Source: Flaccisagitta enflata (Eukaryota). From it: a DNA stretch of 64,000 nucleotides. The notes beneath the pieces are model-generated. The model did not search any database and was not told the DNA's origin. It saw only the letters and a list, made by a program, of their open reading frames with translations. Positions 55,847 to 64,000 of this stretch are shown one piece after another. The stretch lies in NCBI GenBank assembly GCA_965153355.1, contig OZ231126.1:19220001-19284000 (forward strand). Direction: 5' to 3'. How positions within the stretch are numbered: position 1 is the stretch's first letter; every line of letters begins with the position of its first letter. The position numbers and the translations under genes were made by a program.

Positions 55847-56786
55847 CATCATACATCATTCCATCTGGTCCCATCGGTCCCATGTGCATATTCTGTTGAT
55901 ACATGTCCATTTCCCATTTGACTGCGCTGCCCGGAGAATGAGGCGCCATCGGATGGCTAGGATGCGGTGGTTGCTGCTGTCCATGTTGTGGCTGCTGCTG
56001 CGACGATTGCTGTTGTGGATGTTGCTGCGAGTAAGGTCCCAAATGGTAAGGTCCGGGGAAGGGCGCGCCGTAAGGCGGTGCGGCGCTGAATCCTGCGTAC
56101 TGCGCGGCGGCGGCGCGGCTGCGGACCGCCATCGCGTTCAACGCTTCATGAGACGCGGACGTATGAGGAGGTGGAGGAGGAGGAAGTGAGAGGTGGTGAT
56201 TGGCTATGGAAGTGGCTAGTCCAGGTGGGGTTGAAGAGGAAGGATGGAATCCCGGGTGGTGATGAGGAGGAAGAGGTGGATGAGAAAGAGAATGAGGAGG
56301 AAGAGGAGGCAGAGATGACGAAGGCGATGAATAAGACGCCGCTGACGAAGTGATAGAAGGAGCGGAAGCGCTTTCGTGATTTGTTGAAGGCGCTGATGAT
56401 GAGGATGAAGAGGAGGAGGAGGAGGAGGAGGAAGACGCTAACGAGGAATAAGAGTCCGAAGCGGCGACGGGAGACGAGGCCGGGAAGGGAGAGGACGCCG
56501 GAATAAATGGAGAAGCGGCGTCGGAAAATACGGAATTGACGCTCTTTCGTGGGCCTAAAGGCGCGTGAAGCGAAGAGGCGGAAGCGGAAGAAGATGAGGA
56601 TGATGACGTTGACGCGGGAGTCGTGATGGCTGCAATGGCGCCGGAAGGTGGCGCAGTGGGAGATGAACAGGAAGAGAGTCTCGATAGCGCTGAAACGGCG
56701 CCGCTTTCTAACGAAGGAACGAGGCGATCTTTTAACGCGGCCGCTGCCGCTGTGGCGCCACCGTCAGTTACGTAATCAGTCGACAT
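55847..56786 (-). CDS. Dll: Distal-less coding exon 1 (Ser/Ala/Pro/His/Gln-rich N-terminus)
   Basis: ATG at 56786 (MSTDYVTDGG...) is the first in-frame ATG of a long GC-richer ORF. The exon ends at the donor GATG|GTGAGT (55847/55846). Its 940 nt give phase 1, which splices in frame to the homeobox exon. The start codon is inferred, with no transcript data. Confidence 0.85.
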
Positions 56787-57887
56787 TTTCTGTTTGATAT
56801 GAAGATGAGATGTTGTATTCAAATATTTTTCAAACTTTTTTTATTTTACCCCGGGATTTTTCATACCTCTTTTTATCTTATTTATTTTTTATTCTCTCTT
56901 CTCTCTTCTTTTTATATTCTAATCGGTTTAAAGTGATAAACGACCCTTAAATCACGATTGATTTTTTTCTCCACGGCTTAAAAACAATAAATGTATCAAT
57001 GAAAAGACGATTTGTCAATTGCATTCAGTTAAATCAATCCAGATCCGCGATTTGATATTGAATAATTGTCGTTGGTTTCGTTGTTAAGGTTGTGGCGAAA
57101 TCATTTTGACTTTGATGCCTTCGAGAAGTGACTTTGCAGCGGAGCCAGCATGGCGCAGTTTGGAGAGTAGAGAAGAGAAAATTGATCGGCTTTTAGGTTC
57201 ATATGTCAATGGAAGGTCGGAATATGATCTATGATCGTTATTTTATGTTGGTTCTGCCACTTTCTCTCTCTTTTGTTACTTTTAAATTGATTCAAGAAAA
57301 AAAATCGAACGGATTGGTAGAAGAAAGAAAAAGAAAGACCAAGAGAGGAAGAGAGCGAGACAGCATAAGGGACAATGACGACTTAAGAATTTGGAGGAGA
57401 GAAAAATTTCTTGTTTTTTTTTCAAATCGAAAAGCGCGTAATGACTTAAGGAAGGGAGGAAAATCTATGACTTGTCTAGTGAGGAAAAGAGAAAAAAAGG
57501 AGAGCAACGAAGAGACGCACTGTATCATTCGCGGTTTGCGGTTTTTACTAATAGTAATCACTGTAAACGTGTTTCCGTCTTTAATTGATGGAGATTTAGG
57601 TAACAATTGTTTATCTGAAAAAAAATTTCCGTCGAATCAAATTCGCGATTTGAATTTCGTGACGAAATATAAACAAAACGACGCAAATTTCTCGCGAGGA
57701 CAAGAAAACGGGACATAAAAAGAGAAAGTTTGAAGCGCATGGAAGAAAGGACAGAGAGGACGATAACGATGACGACGACGACGACGCAGACGACGATGAT
57801 AGTGACGATGCGGATGTTAGCGGCGATGACGACGGCGATAGCGATGAAAGTTTTTATTTTCTTTGCGGAAGAGGACCAAGCCTTTGC

Positions 57888-57935
<48 letters not shown>

Positions 57936-58129
57936 CTTAGTGGCTATTTTGTCCGGTGGCATATTCTTTTTATGGATGTTATGGAGGGCAATTCAAAGGA
58001 CAATGATATACGAAGACGGCTGACTATAATGGTTACAAGTACAATTGTGACGAAGGAAGGATGTCATAGATGCTCCAATCCTGGCGCGGTGCTATGATCA
58101 AATAGCCTGTAAATTAAGAAATCCCTAAG

Positions 58130-58625
58130 CAGTCAGTCCCAATTCCGCATTCATCCATATGCTCGTACATCAACATGTTTCGGCAAACCATAACTTTTTC
58201 CATCTGGGCATATTTCGATATATCGAAATATGTCTTACAAAGGTTTCATTTTTTCAGTTGTGTCTTTTGCGAGATCAATTCCATGTAGCTGTTTGTCCTG
58301 TTTACGGTCTTCAATGATTTTGACACCTAACCTTTGGAAGAAATTGATTTATGAATGTTGCCCCATTCAATTACATTATTAGATTTTGTTCATCCTTCTT
58401 TCTTTTTAATCTGACTGATTGTTTAAGTGTTGGGTATAAAAAGCCAAGTAAATAAGATCGGAGCTTGATAATCGCAGAAGTTCTTCCTTTGAGTGACCGA
58501 ACTAAAAGGGAAAGATGAGAGTCATATTTCGATATATCGAAATATGCCCAGATAAACCAAGTTGCGTTATCTCGTAATATGATGAGATATGGTCATATGG
58601 ATGAATGTGGAATTGGGACTGACTG
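58130..58625. mobile_element. MITE with apparent 4-bp TAAG TSD, upstream of Dll
   Basis: TIR cagtcagtcccaattccgcattcatccatatg / catatggatgaatgtggaattgggactgactg with TAAG on both sides. The palindrome catatttcgatatatcgaaatatg occurs in each arm. Confidence 0.8.
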
Positions 58626-59345
58626 TAAGTTATACCTTGAAAAAAAACCTTGCCAAGAAGGAGCAATCTAAGATTCGTCAAAATGCAGTCATGTTTAACG
58701 ATTGGTCAGAATCAGCGAGGTTTCAAGAGTATTTCCCGTCGTAAAACTCGTAAATAATGGATCGAAACCCGATTCAACCACTCGTAAAGCGACAGTAAGC
58801 ATCCCTCAAACGGGTTGTTCTTTGCCCTCAGAACCACCTTTAAAAGTAGGCGCTGTTGCGATGTGTGAATATTGCTAGTCATGGATGAGTTATTGAAAAT
58901 GAGCAGGATTTAGCAGAAATTAGCAGAAATTAGCAGGAATTAGCAGAAATTAGAATCCAAACCCACCGTTCCAAGACTTGGTATTTGGCATTCTTCTCCA
59001 ATAATCCATTGTCGTAAGCGAGCAACTCTAATGGACAGGCCGGTTGCAGGTTGTACTACATTCTACATCACGACCCACCCTCCCTCTCAGCTGGATTGTC
59101 CTAAGTAAGGACCACAACTGTCGGTGACCCATCCCGCCAACCCCCTCCAGCGCGGTCTGAGAAAAGTTTCGTTGAGAGTTTCTATGCGTAGTCTCTGTAT
59201 TCTCTACGTTTGGACCAATAGTCTTGAGCACGGAGGTGAGATTGGGAACGACTGACGATTCTTGTCAAGCCTCCATGCGAGTGGCGCGACGTCCTGGGGA
59301 AAACGAAACTGGAAAACCGAGGACCTCAAAGGGAGAGAGAGAGAG

Positions 59346-59431
<86 letters not shown>

Positions 59432-59482
59432 AGAAAGAGAAAGAGAGCGTGAGAGAGGACGGGGCGAATAAGACTAATAAAG

Positions 59483-59710
59483 AACAAGGCCGGATTCACG
59501 GCTACCTTAGTCGCGTTCGGGTGGGCAGGGGCAGTATTTGAGTTACTAAAGCACTTAGGCAAGTGCAGTGAGGCTAAAGACCGCAAAAACATAAAAAAGT
59601 AAAATGGGGACCGACCGACCGACCGACCAACCAACCAACCGACCGACCGACCGACGGACGGACGGACGGAGTAAGCGGGGTGTAGTGTCGCGTAGCACGC
59701 GACTAAAAAA
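59483..59710 (-). mobile_element. HINE-like element, family A
   Basis: aacaaggccggattcacggc...agtcgcgt...gtcgcgtagcacgcgactaaaa. Confidence 0.8.
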
Positions 59711-59769
59711 AAGAAAGAAAGATAGATAGAGAAAGAAAAGAAGAAAGAAAGAAAGAAAGAAAGAAACAC

Positions 59770-59840
<71 letters not shown>

Positions 59841-59920
59841 CAAAGAGAAAGTAGAAAGAAAGAAAAAGAGGAAGGAAGAGAGAAACAAAGAAAAAGAGAA
59901 AGAAAGAAAGAAAAAAAAGG

Positions 59921-59955
<35 letters not shown>

Positions 59956-60015
59956 GAAAAAAAAAAAAGAACGAAAGAGATCAAGATTGTTAGAAAGAAA
60001 GAAAGAAAAAGAAAC

Positions 60016-60086
<71 letters not shown>

Positions 60087-60825
60087 AATTAAGATAGAAA
60101 AAAAATAACGAAAGAGACCAATAAGAAAGATTTTAAGGTAGGAAAAATAACATGGCCGGATAAATGGCTACTCAAATCGCGGGTGGGCATGGGCAGTGAT
60201 GAGTATCCGCAAAAGCGTTAGATGGCTAGTGGTACCCGATGCTCCAATGTTTATGTATGTAGGGATGAGATGGTGAGAGGGACCTATGCTTTAGCTGATG
60301 GGTATTTTTGGAGAGTCTTTTGGCCTTTGGCTTACAATTTTGGCCTTGAGGCTGGGATTAGGGCCTCAAGGCTGGGAATTTGAGCCATGAGGATTGAATT
60401 TGAATTGTGAAACTGGGATTTGGGCCATTAGGTTGGGATTCGGGTCAAAAGGCTGAAAATTGAGTCTTTAGCCTAAAGTATAGGCCTGAAGTTTTGGCCG
60501 GAATTGGAGCCTGAAGGTTGGAGTGAAGACTTCTAGGCTCAGGTCAAGACTTGAAGCCTCAAAGCCTAAGGAGGGAAATAGCACGAACGGACAGAGATAA
60601 CTGGACAAGTGGAGAGACATGATGACCAACGATGACGATGTCGAGGAAACAACGATGCATGTAATATGATGCTGTTCATGTTTTCACAGAGTCATGAACC
60701 CCTCAACACCTCTTAACATTGAGTAAAGAGGATTTGCTGCGGATGAACGCCATGGATCTAAAATGAGGACAACTCTGAAAAAACAAAGCTATTTGTTCAT
60801 AACTCCATACCCTCTTATTTCTTCC

Positions 60826-60893
<68 letters not shown>

Positions 60894-61230
60894 TATTCTT
60901 CTTTCATTCATTCATTCATTTACCATTATTCTCATTCATTCATTCATTCATTCATTCATTCATTCATTCATTCATTCATTCATTCATTCATTCATTCATT
61001 CATTCATTCATTCATTCATTCTCATCTATTCTCTCTCTCTCTCGTCATTTCTGTGGTAATCTTTCTTCTTTCTTTCTTTCTTTCTTTTCTGTCTTTCTCT
61101 CTTTCTGTCTTTCTGTGTCTTTCTTATTATCTTTCTTTCTATTTTTCTATCTTTCCTTTTAATCTATCTTTCCTTTTAATCTTTCTTTCTTTTATCTTTC
61201 TTTCCTCTTATCTGTCTTTCTTTCTTTATT

Positions 61231-61290
<60 letters not shown>

Positions 61291-61362
61291 TTTTTCTTTC
61301 TTAAATTCCTTCTTGAATTCTTTCTTTCTTTCTTCCTTTCTTTCTTTCTTTCTTTCTTTCTC

Positions 61363-61400
<38 letters not shown>

Positions 61401-61460
61401 TTTCTTTCTTTCATTTACGTTTTTCTTTCTTTCTTTCTTTCTTTCTCTCTTTTTCTGACT
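59711..61460. repeat. (GAAA)n, (TTTC)n and (ATTC)n tracts surrounding a degenerate family E fragment (~60209-60570)
   Basis: Tracts are directly visible. The fragment begins gcaaaagcgttagatggctagtggtacccg. Confidence 0.8.
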
Positions 61461-61875
61461 TTCTTTTTATCCGTTTTTTTATTCTTTCTCAAAGCGTTTT
61501 CTCTTTCTTTATCTTCTCAATTCCTTTAAGATACGTAGATCCTCCTTTTCACCCACTTTTTGTTATTCTCCGCCCAGTTCCATGGGATGGCGCCATTGAA
61601 TAAAACCTCCCAGTCTTTCCGACGCCACTCCGTCTGTTCTACCATCTCCTCCTCTTCCTCTTCCTCTTCTTCTTCCTCACTCGTCCACGTCATTTGGACG
61701 CCAAAAACGGCGACAAATCCACTCGAGCAGCGACAACAACAACAAATCCTCAATTGTAATCCTGAGACTTCACTGTTTTCACTTTCCCCTTCTTAAAGCA
61801 ATCCTCTCGCTTCCCTCTTTTGGCTTACAAGCGTCTTCTTTTATTTTCTTTTGTCGTCTAAAACTGCCGCGTCCC

Positions 61876-61876
61876 G

Positions 61877-61968
<92 letters not shown>

Positions 61969-62040
61969 ATTTTTGTTGTTGTTATTTTTGTTGTTGTTAT
62001 TTTTGTTTTGTTGTTGTTGCTGTTGTTTTTGTTGTTGTTG
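61876..62040. repeat. (TTG)n microsatellite
   Basis: Directly visible. Confidence 0.95.
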
Positions 62041-62693
62041 TCTGTCCTCGTTGCTTCTATTGTTTTTTTTTGTTTTGTTTTGTTTTGTTTTTTTTTTAGC
62101 ATTTCTCGACGCCCTTGTTGTATTTTCGTTGTTCTGAACGCCCAATCCCCATGATGTCCCTTATATTCGTCATTTTCACTCGTTATTCCTCTTCCTCCTC
62201 TTTCTCCTCTCCCCCTCGAGAAAAACTTAACCCCATTTCTTGGTTTGACGCCTGTGAAAAAACAAGCTCATCACCATTCAGATTCATTCGGATGGAAAAG
62301 GTGTTCCCCATTTTCTTGTGATTCTCTCACCTTTTTTAGGGCGTCGTCCTAGAAGTTGGGGGTGGCAGCGGAAATATGCATGGTTTCGAGCCCTGCTGTT
62401 TCAGTCACAAGTTCCACCCGGGGTCACAATATCTTTTTAAGTGTAACCTGTGTAACCCGTGTAACCCGTGTATCCTTTAATCTTTACAGCACCAAAAGAT
62501 AAAAAATGTGAGCAAGATTTCACTAAGATCTTGATTTTCATTGCTTTTTGCTTTTGAATTGCAGATTTAAACGTCTTTTTGAGGTCAGCATATGACAAAG
62601 ATAAGCGCACCTAGTGTCTGTGTAGAGAATTTGTCCCAAGTGAATATTTATGTAAGTATTTGTAGCTTCATAATTATTCTAATATATCAAAAA

Positions 62694-63010
62694 TAGACGC
62701 AAAAGCGTTAGATGGTCAGCGGTACCCGTTGCCCCTATGTGAGTGGCTTTGGGTGTGCTTTGGGTGTGAGATGGTGTGAGTGGCTTTGGGTGTGAGATGG
62801 ATTTGAGCCTCGAGGATGGGACTTGCGTCTAGAGGCCGGTATTTGAGTCTCAAGGCTGGGATTTGAGCTTCAAAGCTGGGATTTGAGCCTCAAGGTTGGG
62901 ATTTGGGCCTTAGGGGGGGGACGGAGGAGAAGAAGGGGAAGAAGAAGGAGAAATTTCCTCTATATGTGAAAGCATAGGTCATCGGCCCCTTTGGGGCCGC
63001 TGCCCAAAAA
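62694..63010 (-). mobile_element. HINE-like element, family E, short copy
   Basis: Same ends as 575-1225 with only ~5 minisatellite units. Confidence 0.75.
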
Positions 63011-63469
63011 ATGGGGTAAAACACTAAATATTGTCTTCGATAGCTCGCCGTCTTTAGCTGTTTATAAACAAGGCTGGAAACACGGAAATGCAGTCGCAAC
63101 TTACGGCTCGCAAGTATCATAAGTTTCATTACCCCTTGCTGCCAAAGGCCGGAGGGATGTGTTGTGGGACGAATTTCTATTGTCTATCTTTTTGTGTATC
63201 CATCTATCCGTCTGTCTGTCTATCCAATCGATCGATCGATATAGGCTACGTGCGACTTAACGCAAAAAACTTTTTTTTCTGTGAGAGAGAAAGAGAAAGA
63301 CAACAGATAACATAAAGTTGTACGGAATAAAAGCTGTTGCGGATGAGGTTTATCACAGAATGTATCAAATTACCAGTAATGGCGGCTGTTGTCGTGAGGA
63401 AAAAAGTCATAAGTATTGGTCACTTTTCATCACGCTTTTGTTTTCAGTGACTGCAATTTTTTTTACTTA

Positions 63470-63850
63470 CAAATAAGCTAGATGAGTTAAAATACTCAAA
63501 ATCACTCAACCAGACAATTAATTATGCTCAGTGATATACTCCTTGTATTTGCATGCTAAAATTAAACATTCATTTAAATTTGACCTATTCAAAATATAAA
63601 AAAACTGAATTAAATGAGCTAAATGAGCTAGAAAACTAAAAAACACCCTCACAGATGAGTTTTGCTCAGTGACATGCTTTCTTGTATTTGCTTGCTTAAA
63701 CATGTATCAAAATATCTATTGATTTATCGCATATAAAATCAGAAGAAAAAACTAAGCTCAATGAGCTTAGTTAAAATGCTCAAAAACACCCTCACAGATA
63801 AGCAGCTATGCTCATAAACATGTTTTCTTGTATTTGCATGCTCAAACAAA
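63470..63850. repeat. Degenerate ~145-bp tandem repeat, ~3 units
   Basis: atgag...aaaacaccctcacagat...tgctca...cttgtatttgc.tgct recurs at ~63480, 63620 and 63760. Confidence 0.65.
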
Positions 63851-64000
63851 TATACACTCCTTCACTGATCTTACGTAAAATCATGATTAATTAAATAAAA
63901 TTCAATTTGAATTTTTGTAAATAAATCTTAAAAAAACATAACACAAAGAGTATTTGTCATAAAGCATTCTGCTTGGCGCCAAATGAAAGAGAATTATCAA

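Noticed and set aside
55710-56822. ORF-track limits for the Dll exons (56822, 55086, 42266 and read-through past donors)
   Set aside because: The track uses TTG starts and runs into introns; splice sites define the real boundaries.
57000-58100. Dll core promoter (TATA/Inr/DPE)
   Set aside because: No convincing, correctly spaced motif set; only a (GA)n tract at ~57890-57930.

Overview
This is AT-rich, microsatellite-dense eukaryotic DNA, most likely from an arthropod (inferred from the homeodomain). I can support one protein-coding gene: a three-exon Distal-less (Dll/Dlx) homeobox gene on the minus strand, CDS 56786-55847, 55100-54904 and 42218-40830. The spliced ORF is 2526 nt (841 aa), which is very long for a Dll protein. 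The rest of the window, including ~40 kb downstream and the 12.7 kb second intron, is filled with non-autonomous mobile DNA. This includes at least five sequence families with a Helentron/DINE-1 (HINE)-like architecture, three copies of which carry the same three-tier tandem-repeat cargo. There are also many TIR elements/MITEs with readable target-site duplications (TA, TTAA, 8 bp, 4-5 bp), often nested several levels deep. I found no transposase ORF, RNA gene, CRISPR array or prokaryote-type system. Almost all other ORFs in the track are microsatellite artefacts. Superfamily names rest on terminal and TSD signatures only.
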